Shown in pieces: positions 1 to 9,912 of a stretch of DNA of 42,378 nt. Origin of the DNA: a virus (Duplodnaviria > Caudoviricetes); the IMG/VR virus record IMGVR_UViG_3300023179_000204, positions 1 to 42,378 of that record; one strand, given 5' to 3'. The position numbers and the translations under genes are program-made. The notes beneath the pieces were generated by a model, which was given only the letters and a program-made list of their open reading frames with translations, was not told the origin of the DNA and did no database searches. Position 1 is the stretch's first letter. The number at the start of each line of letters is the position of its first letter.

Positions 1-261
1 AAGCGTATTAATCTGCGTTTGTAAACCGCTTCCTGTCGCATATAAATTCGTTGAAAGCGTACTACCTGTCGTAAATAAATTCGTGGTAAGCGTATTAATC
101 TGCGTTTGTAAACCGCTTCCTGTCGCATATAAATTCGTTGAAAGCGTACTACCAGTCGTAAATAAGTTCGTGGTAAGCGTATTAACTTGCGTTTGTAAAC
201 CGCTTCCTGTCGCATATAAATTCGTTGAAAGCGTACTACCTGTCGTAAATAAATTCGTAAT
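1..261 (-). repeat. 87-bp tandem repeat, at least 3 copies, encoding a 29-aa coiled-coil unit
   Basis: Units start at 1, 88 and 175 (aagcgtatta...) and are nearly identical. Peptide unit on the minus strand is TNLFTTGSTLSTNLYATGSGLQTQINTLT. Confidence 0.95.
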
Positions 262-2127
262 AAACGTATTTATTTGTTCTTGAAGTAAATTTCCAGTTTT
301 TAATAAATTTAAATTTGTTGCAAATTGATTATTTGCCCAGCCACTATAACTAATTTGTTTATTGTTTAACGCATTTCCTGTTTCATATAAATTTAATGAA
401 AGTATATCTAATTGACTTTGCAATGAACTCTGAGAGCTAGTAAGATCATTCCTTAATATACCACTAGCATTATTTATTTGAGATATTAAATATTGATTTG
501 ACCCAGAGATATTTATTGTATTTGTTGAAAAATTAGCGCTAATATTAACTCCATCTTGACCAATAAGTATTCCACTTCCTGTGATATTATTTAATGAGAA
601 TGCGGGGCCAGTTGCGCCAGTAGGCCCCTGTTCGCCGCCTCTTAAGGTGTAAATTAATAAACTAGAAGCATTTTGTATTGTGTAAAAAGTATCTAAACCA
701 TTTACTTTTGCTGCAGCTAATCTAAATATATCTCCAGCATTTGCATTTAAAATTACAGAAGATGAAACACTTGCAATTGCTCTATAATCAAATATTGAAT
801 CAAAAGCCTGTGAATTTGGAACTTCACTAAAAGAAATTCCATTATCCGTACTTTTTTCTAAATAAGTTCTAAATGTAGAATAATAAATACCATATGAAGA
901 AATAGAAGCTTCATAATAAAATAAATATTGATCTGTAGTATTTATTTTAATTTTCCCATTTGGCAATAAAGAAAAAACAGATGGGCTCGAATTTATAGTT
1001 ATAGAATTTAAATTAATTGCAATTGGGCTAGAATTAAAAGTTGTATTTCCTATACTATCATAAACGTGTATTCTATCCGAGGCTGTTCCAGGATCACCTT
1101 TTGGTCCTTGTGGTCCAATATCTCCACTTGGACCAATAGCTCCAGATGGACCTGTTGCTCCGCTTGGCCCCATCGCTCCACTAGGACCAATTAAACCACT
1201 TATTTGACCACTTAAAAGCAATGGAATTCCACTTACGGTTGGTATTTCTAAAAAGTTTTTTTGACCATATATATTTTGATTTCCAGTAATATAAACTATT
1301 GTACTTGGTAAAGACGCCGCTTCTCCGCTTAAAAGAAATCCAGTTCCGTTTACATTTGGTCTTTGAGTAAATGTTTTAATACCATAAATATTTTGATCTC
1401 CAAAAATTAAAACAGAATTTCCGCTTAAAGAATTTATTTTATTATTTAAATTAGATCCTGTATTATATAAATTTATATTTATATTATTGATTTGAGATTG
1501 AAGATTATTTCCAGTGATAACTAAATTTGTGGAAACATTATTTATATTATTAGATAAAATATTTCCAGTTGAATTTAGATTTATTGTTAAAGTATTAATT
1601 TGTGAATTTAAAATATTTCCTGTTGAATATAAATTATTTATTGTGCTAAAAGTATTATTAGTATATCCACTTAATAAGTTTATTTTATTATCAAGAGAAT
1701 TTCCAGTGAAATAAAGATTAGATATTGTTGCAAAAGTATTATTAGTATATCCACTTAAATTAATTATTTGATTTTGAGTTTCTCCAGTATAAAAATTAAA
1801 CCCTGTTGTGGAAACATATCTTAAATCTAGTTCGCCAGTATTTATAATTCCAGTTGGTCCTGTTAATCCGATTGGTCCTTGTAGGCCTATTAATCCTTGT
1901 GGACCTATAGCTCCGCTTGGGCCAATTTCACCAGATGGTCCAATTGGACCTGGTGGACCTTGAGGACCAGGTAAAAGAACATGAGCGCTATAATCTAAAG
2001 AGGGAGAATCTGTGGTTGATTGTATTGGAGTTGGTAAATTAACACTAGCATTTACTAATGTTGATGGCGAAGATACTTCAACATTTGTTCCATTTGAAAC
2101 AATAACATCAACATTGATTTCATCCAT
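1..2127 (-). CDS. Collagen-like / coiled-coil tail or capsid fibre protein, runs off the window (missing from ORF track)
   Basis: ATG at 2127 (MDEINVDVIVSNG). Frame open wherever checked down to position 1. G-X-Y runs at about 1850-1970 and 1085-1200, a beta-rich C1q/BclA-C-like domain at about 650-1075, and 29-aa repeats at the window start. Confidence 0.85.
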   Translation of the reverse strand, partial: MDEINVDVIVSNGTNVEVSSPSTLVNASVNLPTPIQSTTDSPSLDYSAHVLLPGPQGPPGPIGPSGEIGPSGAIGPQGLIGLQGPIGLTGPTGIINTGELDLRYVSTTGFNFYTGETQNQIINLSGYTNNTFATISNLYFTGNSLDNKINLLSGYTNNTFSTINNLYSTGNILNSQINTLTINLNSTGNILSNNINNVSTNLVITGNNLQSQINNININLYNTGSNLNNKINSLSGNSVLIFGDQNIYGIKTFTQRPNVNGTGFLLSGEAASLPSTIVYITGNQNIYGQKNFLEIPTVSGIPLLLSGQISGLIGPSGAMGPSGATGPSGAIGPSGDIGPQGPKGDPGTASDRIHVYDSIGNTTFNSSPIAINLNSITINSSPSVFSLLPNGKIKINTTDQYLFYYEASISSYGIYYSTFRTYLEKSTDNGISFSEVPNSQAFDSIFDYRAIASVSSSVILNANAGDIFRLAAAKVNGLDTFYTIQNASSLLIYTLRGGEQGPTGATGPAFSLNNITGSGILIGQDGVNISANFSTNTINISGSNQYLISQINNASGILRNDLTSSQSSLQSQLDILSLNLYETGNALNNKQISYSGWANNQFATNLNLLKTGNLLQEQINTFITNLFTTGSTLSTNLYATGSGLQTQVNTLTTNLFTTGSTLSTNLYATGSGLQTQINTLTTNLFTTGSTLSTNLYATGSGLQTQINTL

Positions 2128-2130
2128 AAA

Positions 2131-2532
2131 TTAAAAAGTTGTAACTTCTGGACTAACAATAAATTTACCTCTTAGTAATTTAATCGAATTTCCAGTAGGG
2201 ATACCATAAGGAAATCTTTCAATATCATAAACAAAAGTTCCCACAGGTAAATATGCTGTTGAATATGATGGAACATTTATATTAACTAATCCAGATATAT
2301 AAGAAGAACCATTTTCTCCACTTAAAATAATTGGATTTAAGTTTAATAAGATATTAGAAATATAATTACCTGAGATATCTAAAGCTGGAGGAGAACCAAA
2401 ATACGCATATTTTACTGCCCCACGAACATCATAACCGCTTAAATTAATTGAATTATTATATTGATCTTTTACTGAAAGAGTAATTTGAAGATTATCGCCT
2501 TGGATTGTATTTATATTATATGAAGTAGCCAT
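2131..2532 (-). CDS. Conserved phage Ig-like adaptor protein preceding fibre genes (BppU-N-like)
   Basis: QGD...INLSGY...YDIE...LLRGKFIVSPEVT pattern; lies directly upstream of the collagen fibre gene. Confidence 0.6.
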   Translation of the reverse strand: MATSYNINTIQGDNLQITLSVKDQYNNSINLSGYDVRGAVKYAYFGSPPALDISGNYISNILLNLNPIILSGENGSSYISGLVNINVPSYSTAYLPVGTFVYDIERFPYGIPTGNSIKLLRGKFIVSPEVTTF

Positions 2533-2541
2533 ATAATAAAT

Positions 2542-2546
2542 TACAC
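2542..2546 (-). promoter_or_regulatory. GTGTA putative late promoter element
   Basis: GTGTA-N9-ATG of gene 2131-2532; no SD. Confidence 0.75.
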
Positions 2547-2572
2547 AGACAATCTAAAATAATTAAAAAGAA

Positions 2573-4876
2573 TTAATAAAAGAATGGGATATAAATTTTT
2601 CCATAAGTTGGATCATATGAAGAAATTATGCCTGTACGAGTCCCTAAACTTATCTTTGAATCAAATGTTGATGGTGTTGATACGACTGAATTAAAAAGTC
2701 CTGTATTTTCCCAATTTTTTTGAGGAGTTAAATTTTCATTAACTCCTGTATTAACATAATATATTCCGCTAGAATATTTGTCAGTAACTAACCAATTTAA
2801 AGAATTTTGTAAATTTTCTACAGCACTTCTACCATATAAAACCGTAATATCAGGAGAATCATAAACGGGTAAAATAAAATCAAAATTTGGATTTATGTGA
2901 GAATAAGATAAAGTTAGTTTTTGTTTTTGAAATCCTTCTTCTGTTTGATCGACTTTTTCAAGCAATGGGGCTGGATCATATCCATTTGTCCCAACCGCCC
3001 AATCTGTAAGTGGAACAATTCCTGAGTTAGTACTTGTATTATAAAATAAAACGTTATTTTTATTTTTTGAAGAAATAATCCAACCTCCAGCACTACTTAA
3101 ATCTTTACTAAAAAGCAGTTCGAATTGATTATCTTTAGATTCATAAAAATCATCAGCAAATAATGAATGTAATCCAGCGTAAAGATTTCTTGATCTTTTT
3201 GTAAAATAATTTCCTGTATTAGGAGAAAAAGTATTAAGGTAAACTTTTTCGCCATTTACCTCCCCACTAAACGAGCATAAATATTTTGGCTCTGTAAATG
3301 TATAACTAAAAGAGGGTAGTTCTATTTGATTACTTATTTTATCATAAGATAAATCGTGTATTGTAAGTGTATCAAAAGATCCAGAGTTACCTATGCCGTT
3401 AGAAGAATTAAGATACGCACCAAGGTCATCACTAATTACTATATTAGAGTTGTTAATTGTTGGCCTTAAATTAGATTTTAACTTTATTGATGAAGAATTT
3501 ATCTGTAAACTAGAATTCCATACGCTAAAATTAATAGCTGAATTAATAGTACTACCAGTTAAAGTAGAATTGATACCAAATAGAATGGAATTTTGATTTC
3601 CAGAATCAACTAAATTATTTCTTCCAATAATAATATTATTGACTGTTGAGCTTACCGAATTTGAATTTCCAATAATTGCGTTATTATAATTTGCGATACT
3701 TTCATTATTTTTTCCAAGTAATAAACTCTCTGATGAATTTTCTATTATGTTATTTGAACCAAAATTATAGTTTTGATTACTATTTTTAATTGAATTTCGT
3801 TCTCCAAATATAAAATTACCTGTAGATTTTAAATTAAAATTATTTTTTCCTAAAATTAATTCTCGAGCTGATCCGCTGATTCTATTAGTTTTACCAACAG
3901 TAAAATTTTCTGCGCCAATTTGTAATTCATTTCCTTCTCCAAAAATGAATGAATTTATTTGATTGCTAATTGAATTTGAATTTCCAGCAATATATCCTTG
4001 GCCATTTTGAGTTAATAAATTTGTTTCTCCAAAAATATATCCCTGCCTGACTCCAGATAAAATGTTATTTTGACCAACAAGCGTAAAATCTACAGAAGAT
4101 TTTAAAGAGTTGCTGTCTCCATAAATATCAGAAGTTGAAATATCTTTTAAGATATTTGATTCGCCTACTAAGGTTGTATAAATAATTTGCTCTACAGCGT
4201 TATCATCTCCAAATATTAAATTTGAATAACCAGAATTTAAAGTATTTCTATCGCCAATTACAGTTGTTGCGCCATTATTTATCAAATAATTTGATTGCCC
4301 AAATACATTAACGTCTTGCCCCAAGTATCCTTCTGATCCAGAGGCTAAATTATCGTTTCCAATTAGATTAGATTTTGTTAAATTTAATAATTCATTATTT
4401 TTTCCAATATTAAAACTTTTTAATCCAGATTCTACAATATTATAAGAACCTAAATTAAATGAGCTTTCGCTTTCTCTTAGTTGGTTATAATCTCCTATAT
4501 TATATGTTATATCGTCACCAATATTTGAGTTGTAGTTTTTATTATACCTTCCAATATTTGAACCTTGATAATTATCTGGATTGTATCCTACATTTACATT
4601 ATTTTGAAAAATTCTATTAGTTTTTAAATCTCCTTCTATTTCTAGTCCACTAAAATTTGTGTTGTAAACATGCGAAAAAGTATATGCCTCTGGCCCCCAA
4701 CCAAAATCCATCATTATAGTTTGATCATAAATACCAGTTACTTCAATTCTTTGATAAAGACCTAGAGGAGCGCTAGAATTAGAAATTGGAGAAAGTTCTT
4801 CGTATTTTTCATTTATCCCCGTTTCAGACTTTGCCTGTATATATAGGGATTTTCTATATATATTTGGATCTTGCAT
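2573..4876 (-). CDS. Virion fibre/adhesin with YadA-head-like beta-roll repeats
   Basis: More than 20 repeats of about 14-15 aa with a hydrophobic-G-x-x-N motif (IFGDDN, LVGESN, IFGETN, ILGKNN). Confidence 0.65.
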   Translation of the reverse strand: MQDPNIYRKSLYIQAKSETGINEKYEELSPISNSSAPLGLYQRIEVTGIYDQTIMMDFGWGPEAYTFSHVYNTNFSGLEIEGDLKTNRIFQNNVNVGYNPDNYQGSNIGRYNKNYNSNIGDDITYNIGDYNQLRESESSFNLGSYNIVESGLKSFNIGKNNELLNLTKSNLIGNDNLASGSEGYLGQDVNVFGQSNYLINNGATTVIGDRNTLNSGYSNLIFGDDNAVEQIIYTTLVGESNILKDISTSDIYGDSNSLKSSVDFTLVGQNNILSGVRQGYIFGETNLLTQNGQGYIAGNSNSISNQINSFIFGEGNELQIGAENFTVGKTNRISGSARELILGKNNFNLKSTGNFIFGERNSIKNSNQNYNFGSNNIIENSSESLLLGKNNESIANYNNAIIGNSNSVSSTVNNIIIGRNNLVDSGNQNSILFGINSTLTGSTINSAINFSVWNSSLQINSSSIKLKSNLRPTINNSNIVISDDLGAYLNSSNGIGNSGSFDTLTIHDLSYDKISNQIELPSFSYTFTEPKYLCSFSGEVNGEKVYLNTFSPNTGNYFTKRSRNLYAGLHSLFADDFYESKDNQFELLFSKDLSSAGGWIISSKNKNNVLFYNTSTNSGIVPLTDWAVGTNGYDPAPLLEKVDQTEEGFQKQKLTLSYSHINPNFDFILPVYDSPDITVLYGRSAVENLQNSLNWLVTDKYSSGIYYVNTGVNENLTPQKNWENTGLFNSVVSTPSTFDSKISLGTRTGIISSYDPTYGKIYIPFFY

Positions 4877-4886
4877 ATAATATTAT

Positions 4887-4891
4887 TACAC
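4887..4891 (-). promoter_or_regulatory. GTGTA putative late promoter element
   Basis: GTGTA-N10-ATG of gene 2573-4876. Confidence 0.75.
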
Positions 4892-4918
4892 TTTTATTCT
4901 AAAAAAGAAAACATTTTT

Positions 4919-5263
4919 TTATCTTCCTTCAGAAAGTATATCTTTGCTTTGTTTATTTAGTTGAACTGTATTATTTTTTGTTTTTGGTATATTAAAAGTG
5001 GATGTAAATTTTTTAAATTCCGCCACAAGTCTTTTAGTCAATGTTTCTCGATTATCAATTGGAACAAGTCCTATCTTATTCGCGTGAGATTGAAGATCGC
5101 TTTTATTTAAATCATTAATAAAATTAATATATTCTTCTAAATTCGTAGTATTGTATCTGCTTAGTCCTGTATCTCCCCAAATTTGATTCAAGCTTTTATA
5201 TTCTACGTCTTCTAGTTTTCCATGAGTTTGAGAAAGTTCTTCTATTTTTCTTTTTTTTGCCAT
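4919..5263 (-). CDS. Hypothetical protein downstream of the major capsid gene
   Basis: 114-aa ORF with SD AAGGAG; basic N-terminus. Confidence 0.7.
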   Translation of the reverse strand: MAKKRKIEELSQTHGKLEDVEYKSLNQIWGDTGLSRYNTTNLEEYINFINDLNKSDLQSHANKIGLVPIDNRETLTKRLVAEFKKFTSTFNIPKTKNNTVQLNKQSKDILSEGR

Positions 5264-5319
5264 AATATCTCCTTACTATATTATAATATTATACTATTAT
5301 AAATCTAAATTATTTATAT

Positions 5320-5356
5320 AAAAAAAGACCCAGTAGGGATTAACCTACTGGGCCTT
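5320..5356 (-). terminator. Rho-independent terminator after the capsid operon
   Basis: Perfect 9-bp stem CCCAGTAGG-gattaa-CCTACTGGG at 5329-5352, followed by a T-run on the minus strand. Confidence 0.9.
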
Positions 5357-5375
5357 TAATTTAATCTAATTAAAT

Positions 5376-6467
5376 TTAGATTTTAATTCCAACGATAGCG
5401 CGACCATCGATACAAACGCGACCTTCTTCGAGAGAACCGTAGAAACCAGTTTTCTCAGAGCGGGAAACGAATTGATCATCTGGAAGAACGGTGAATGTTC
5501 CACCGGATTCGGCTTGGCGAGCTACTGGGCGGATGAAGGCCTCTTTACTCAAATCAAGACCGATAGCTAATTCATTAGAATTAGAACTGAATGTATAATC
5601 ACCTTTGAATGCATCAAATAGAGCATTGTACTTGGCATTAACACCTAATTCTACTAATTCGTGAATTGTGACGCCATAGATAGACTCTGCGCCAGCATTA
5701 CGATAAATTTCTTCGCGAATTGAATCTGGAAGATTTGTACCTTCTGTTGGGCTACTACTTGTAGTAAATGGCTGATAAGCAAAAGCGCGAATATCGGCTT
5801 TGATCTCTGGGCTAACGAAAAGATCAGTTAGTCCATAAGAATCAGAAGTTGATGTTCCAGCATAAGAAGTATTAATTCTTTTTACTAGTGTCATCAAGTT
5901 ATTTAAGTCCGATAGCGTGAAGCTACCAGGTGTATTTGCGCCGATAATGTGGCCTTTGTTAATTAGTCCACCAGTTAAACCGTTTGTGCGAGCTTCGGCT
6001 AAGGCTTTTAGAACTACTGCCCAAGCATTACGTTCTTGTTTAACAAGAACTTCATTGCTCATTCTTTCTACGGCTTTACTTACTACGTCAAGACGACCAC
6101 GACGAGCATAACGTTTTAAGAAGCTTACAGCGCTATCTAAACGATAGGTGGAAACTTTTAATTCATTAAAGCCTTCTACGGAAGAAGAAGGAAGACCGCC
6201 TGCTACACCTTGACTCCAAACTGTAACATAGTCTTGACCTGCGTCATGCCATAGATCTAATGGAAGACTTGGGTTATCATCTTCATCATATGGGGCATCA
6301 GAATAGATTGTGCTAGCTGTACCAGCCGCCATTAGAACCTTACTTACTACTGGCCCAATGAAAGCGGCAAAAGCTTCAGAAGCTTCGCGAGCTACGGAAG
6401 CATCTCTGCTGCCCATAGCTTTTACAAGCTCAACTTGTTCTGGGGTATTTTTTAGTTTGATTTTCAT
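5376..6467 (-). CDS. Major capsid protein (HK97 fold)
   Basis: 363 aa; order protease, decoration protein, this gene, terminator; SD AGGAG; visibly higher GC and codon bias; C-terminal GFYGSLEEGRVCIDGRAI pattern. Confidence 0.85.
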   Translation of the reverse strand: MKIKLKNTPEQVELVKAMGSRDASVAREASEAFAAFIGPVVSKVLMAAGTASTIYSDAPYDEDDNPSLPLDLWHDAGQDYVTVWSQGVAGGLPSSSVEGFNELKVSTYRLDSAVSFLKRYARRGRLDVVSKAVERMSNEVLVKQERNAWAVVLKALAEARTNGLTGGLINKGHIIGANTPGSFTLSDLNNLMTLVKRINTSYAGTSTSDSYGLTDLFVSPEIKADIRAFAYQPFTTSSSPTEGTNLPDSIREEIYRNAGAESIYGVTIHELVELGVNAKYNALFDAFKGDYTFSSNSNELAIGLDLSKEAFIRPVARQAESGGTFTVLPDDQFVSRSEKTGFYGSLEEGRVCIDGRAIVGIKI

Positions 6468-6486
6468 TTTATATAATTCTCCTAGC

Positions 6487-7086
6487 TTAGAAGCTGAGTT
6501 TGATTAAAGCAACGCCATTTACTGGCTTACTTAGTAAAGTACCAACTTTATTGCCAACGGCAGTTGTACTTAGATCTCCTGGAGTAGAAGCAGAAACATA
6601 TACTCCTGCTCCAACGTTTTTAGAGCTATCAATTTCAGATCCACTATAGACAACAATGCCTTTAGTTAGAACTGGAACTCCTTGACCACTAACAACTACG
6701 CCTTTTTCGGCGGCTTTGCGTGGATTGAAAACTAGTTTTTCACCATTTTCATCTAGCTCTTGAACGCTCAAAAGAGTGATTCCGAGAGGAGCACTGTCTG
6801 TGCCGACGGCTGCAGCGACTTTTGCTGTTAGAGCATAACGATTAGAAACTGTGTTTGCAAAACCAGCTCCTACCATACCAGCCATATCAACTGGTACTGT
6901 ACCAAGAAGGCCTGTGCCTCCGAGAGCACTAGAGGATACTACTGGTTGAAAACCGTTTCCTGTGACTTTAACTACTGTGCCTGCGACAGCAATAACGCCA
7001 TTAGCGTCTTGCTGACCATCATAGGCAAATAGATTGACTACATCATGTTCATTGTAGTCTCTGAATGGTCTTAGTGTATGTGCCAT
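6487..7086 (-). CDS. Capsid decoration/cement protein
   Basis: Gly/Ala/Val-rich beta protein between scaffold and capsid genes; SD AAGGAG. Confidence 0.7.
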   Translation of the reverse strand: MAHTLRPFRDYNEHDVVNLFAYDGQQDANGVIAVAGTVVKVTGNGFQPVVSSSALGGTGLLGTVPVDMAGMVGAGFANTVSNRYALTAKVAAAVGTDSAPLGITLLSVQELDENGEKLVFNPRKAAEKGVVVSGQGVPVLTKGIVVYSGSEIDSSKNVGAGVYVSASTPGDLSTTAVGNKVGTLLSKPVNGVALIKLSF

Positions 7087-7104
7087 ATTATTTCTCCTTA
7101 TTTA

Positions 7105-8637
7105 TTAGTTAATATCAAATCCTTCAAAACCGAAAGCTTTACTATACTTTTCGCGTAGTGAAACTTCAGCGGTTACTGTTGAATTTGGGATTGAAGTCTT
7201 TTCAACTTTTACGTTGTCTAGAACTTCATCTACAACTTCGGTTGCAGATTGTTCAGAAGCTGTTGAAGCCTTAACTTCCTCTACTACTTCAGAAGCTTTA
7301 GCTTTTTTCATTTCTTCTTCTTTCGCTTTTTTAGCAGCTTTATTTTTTTCTTTCATTAAAACTGCCATCTTATTTTTATAAGCAGCAAAAGCTTCGTCAT
7401 TTAAATCTTTAATATCTGTTGCAAGAACTTGACGATCTTCATCAGATAGATCAAATTCTTCATCAAAAGCAGCCATTCTTAAATTGAATGCTTCTTCTTT
7501 TGCTTTAGCAACTTTTTCTTCTTCAAGTTTAGCGAGAGTAGCTTTTAATTTTTCTAACTCTTCTTTTACTTTTTCACTCTCTGTGGAAAGTGTCTCATAT
7601 TTTTCTTGAGCAGCTTTAATAGCTACGTCTTTTTCATTCTTTTCGGCTACAAAAACTTCAGAAGCTTTTTTTAGCTCTTCTTGAATAAAATCTGTTACGC
7701 TAGAAGCTGTGACTTGCTTTAATAGCTCGTCAGTAATTTGATTGATATTTTCTATTTTCATAATTATTCTGTTTATAACTCCTTCTTGATTTACAGTATT
7801 TTCTGTATTTTGTGAAATATTATTTTCACTAATATCAGAGGACTCAGACTCCTCATCTTTGGATTTTAAATCAATAATAGATATTTTTTCCTCGTCTTTT
7901 ACTGCTACGCCTTGTACGTCTGCTGCAGGATTTGATGTTAAACCTATGCCTAAAGGTATAACATCGCCAATTACTTGACGATAAATATAAGTGTTATTAT
8001 TAATTTTACCTGTTCCTCCAAAAGCTTTAAGATTTTTACTTAATTTATCTTTTTCTTTTTCGTCAGTAATAAATTGACCATCTTCAATATTTTTATTATT
8101 ATTATCAAGTAAAACTAAATCGTAATCACTAAATCCAAGTTCCCAAGAAGCACTTACTTTCATATAATTTTCGCTTGAAGGATCATTGCTTTCTTCTATT
8201 AGATTTGCAAGTTGAGGATTGATAATCTTCCACATTACTCCGCCAAGAGTAATATAAAATGGCTCTTTCATTTCTTTAACTTCTGCTTCTGATAGTGATT
8301 CGTTTGTGCCAAATTTACTAAAATTAGCTGTCAAAATACAGCCAATCACCCTGGAGCGATCATGTTCAATATTAATTGGTTTATTAATAAAATTCTCGAC
8401 CATTTCTGCTGCTGTAACAGAATTAATAACATCTCCATTTTTATTGACTCTATTAACCACGCAAGCATCAAATGCTATAGGAAGTAAATCTATATTTTTA
8501 TTTGTATCAATATCGGGTAAAAATTTTTTCAAATTACTCATTGAAGCAAGAGAAAGATATTTATCTTTTTCTTCGCTAACTACTGGTTTAATATGCAGAT
8601 TTGCAAAAATAGATTGATATTTAAATTTATCTTTCAT
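7105..8637 (-). CDS. Prohead protease fused to a C-terminal coiled-coil scaffold
   Basis: NKNGD, KPINIEH (His), SASWE (Ser) and GIGLTSNPAA motifs of assemblin/HK97-type proteases, followed by an E/K/A-rich coiled coil. Confidence 0.8.
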   Translation of the reverse strand: MKDKFKYQSIFANLHIKPVVSEEKDKYLSLASMSNLKKFLPDIDTNKNIDLLPIAFDACVVNRVNKNGDVINSVTAAEMVENFINKPINIEHDRSRVIGCILTANFSKFGTNESLSEAEVKEMKEPFYITLGGVMWKIINPQLANLIEESNDPSSENYMKVSASWELGFSDYDLVLLDNNNKNIEDGQFITDEKEKDKLSKNLKAFGGTGKINNNTYIYRQVIGDVIPLGIGLTSNPAADVQGVAVKDEEKISIIDLKSKDEESESSDISENNISQNTENTVNQEGVINRIIMKIENINQITDELLKQVTASSVTDFIQEELKKASEVFVAEKNEKDVAIKAAQEKYETLSTESEKVKEELEKLKATLAKLEEEKVAKAKEEAFNLRMAAFDEEFDLSDEDRQVLATDIKDLNDEAFAAYKNKMAVLMKEKNKAAKKAKEEEMKKAKASEVVEEVKASTASEQSATEVVDEVLDNVKVEKTSIPNSTVTAEVSLREKYSKAFGFEGFDIN

Positions 8638-8642
8638 ATATA

Positions 8643-9146
8643 TTAAAGATTGTATAATACGACTCGATCTTCTTCGTCGTCTAAATAAAGTTCGTCAATA
8701 TTTTTAAAATTAAAATCTTCTAGTTTATATTTTTTAATATCTTCTTCCGCTTTTTCATAATCTATATTTTCAGGCGAAACACTTCCCCTAATATCTACTA
8801 CGTTACCAATTATTTCGAAAAAATTTAATTTAAAATTATTTGCAAGATTTACCTTGCCCTCAGAGATTCTAAGAAATAAATTAACGTGCGCAATCGCTGA
8901 TAAATTAATATTTTCATTAACATAAAAACCAGATTTATATGCTTTTTTAAGATCAGAAAGAGAAAGCTTTTTATTATTATTTTTGTTAAATTCTTTTAAT
9001 TTATTTTCTAATAGAGCAATGATTTGTTTTGAGCATACTAATGCTTTTTCAGAATTATCCTTCTGAATCTTTTTTAAAGATTTAGGCTTGTATGTTTTTT
9101 TAGATTTGATCACTTCAAATCCATATTTATTAGGATCTTTGCTCAT
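8643..9146 (-). CDS. Head-associated protein; degenerate member of the LKAVY.RG...ARVN.FL phage family
   Basis: LENKLKEFN...LSDLKKAYKSG...AHVNLFLR; first gene of the capsid operon. Confidence 0.5.
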   Translation of the reverse strand: MSKDPNKYGFEVIKSKKTYKPKSLKKIQKDNSEKALVCSKQIIALLENKLKEFNKNNNKKLSLSDLKKAYKSGFYVNENINLSAIAHVNLFLRISEGKVNLANNFKLNFFEIIGNVVDIRGSVSPENIDYEKAEEDIKKYKLEDFNFKNIDELYLDDEEDRVVLYNL

Positions 9147-9156
9147 TTATATATTA

Positions 9157-9161
9157 TACAC
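9157..9161 (-). promoter_or_regulatory. GTGTA putative late promoter of the capsid operon
   Basis: GTGTA-N10-ATG of gene 8643-9146. Confidence 0.75.
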
Positions 9162-9213
9162 GTATAAAATGATTTTATTTAAATTAAAATTAGCACAACG
9201 ATAGTATAATATA

Positions 9214-9846
9214 TTAATTATATACTTTTAATGATTCTTCAATTATTTTTGCTTCCGCGTCTCTTCTTCTACTCATTCCCTTTTCTATGCTTCCACCCAT
9301 CCATATTCTTTTCATGCTTCTTATTTGCGCTCCAATTTGATTTAAACTTTTTTCATCAAAATTCTCTGTTTTAGCCATAATATCCCGTACAGCTTTCATC
9401 TCGCGACGTCTATCACCCTCTAATGCTGCCCCACGATTAAATACAAGACTTACTAATCCTCCTTTTGCGTCTTCCGGAAGTTTATCAAAATTTGGAAAAG
9501 TTTCCCGAGTAAGATTATAAAATTTACTTACAGTTTTATTCATAAAGACTATAAGCGCAAGATCCCAAGGGATAATTATATCTTTTAATCTTTTAGCGAT
9601 TTCTTTTGCTTGATACCCTTTAATCCCAACAATTTTATAAAGCCTATCAAAAATTTCTTTTGGCAAATCTTTCCAATCATTAGAAAATTCAGCTTTATTT
9701 ACATATCCAAGATCATAACCTACTCCAATTGTTACTCCGCTCTGTTCTCCTGGCCATGTTGGATTTTTTAAAAATTTATTATAATAATTTTCTCCTCCGC
9801 CAACTTCAAATTCTAGGATAAGATCAAGAGATTTTTTATTAAGCAT
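9214..9846 (-). CDS. Endolysin, lysozyme/pesticin-C-like muramidase
   Basis: LILEFEVG (catalytic Glu), PTWPG..SGVTIGVGYDLG, LVSLVFNRG and RRRDAEA motifs. Confidence 0.85.
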   Translation of the reverse strand: MLNKKSLDLILEFEVGGGENYYNKFLKNPTWPGEQSGVTIGVGYDLGYVNKAEFSNDWKDLPKEIFDRLYKIVGIKGYQAKEIAKRLKDIIIPWDLALIVFMNKTVSKFYNLTRETFPNFDKLPEDAKGGLVSLVFNRGAALEGDRRREMKAVRDIMAKTENFDEKSLNQIGAQIRSMKRIWMGGSIEKGMSRRRDAEAKIIEESLKVYN

Positions 9847-9912
9847 AATTATAGATTTAATAATTTCAATTTGTTTTGGATTGAATTTAAATAATTCAAT
9901 TTTTTTAAAGTA

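Noticed and set aside
1-261. Possible CRISPR array
   Set aside because: Units are contiguous 87-bp in-frame coding repeats with no unique spacers, and no cas genes are present.
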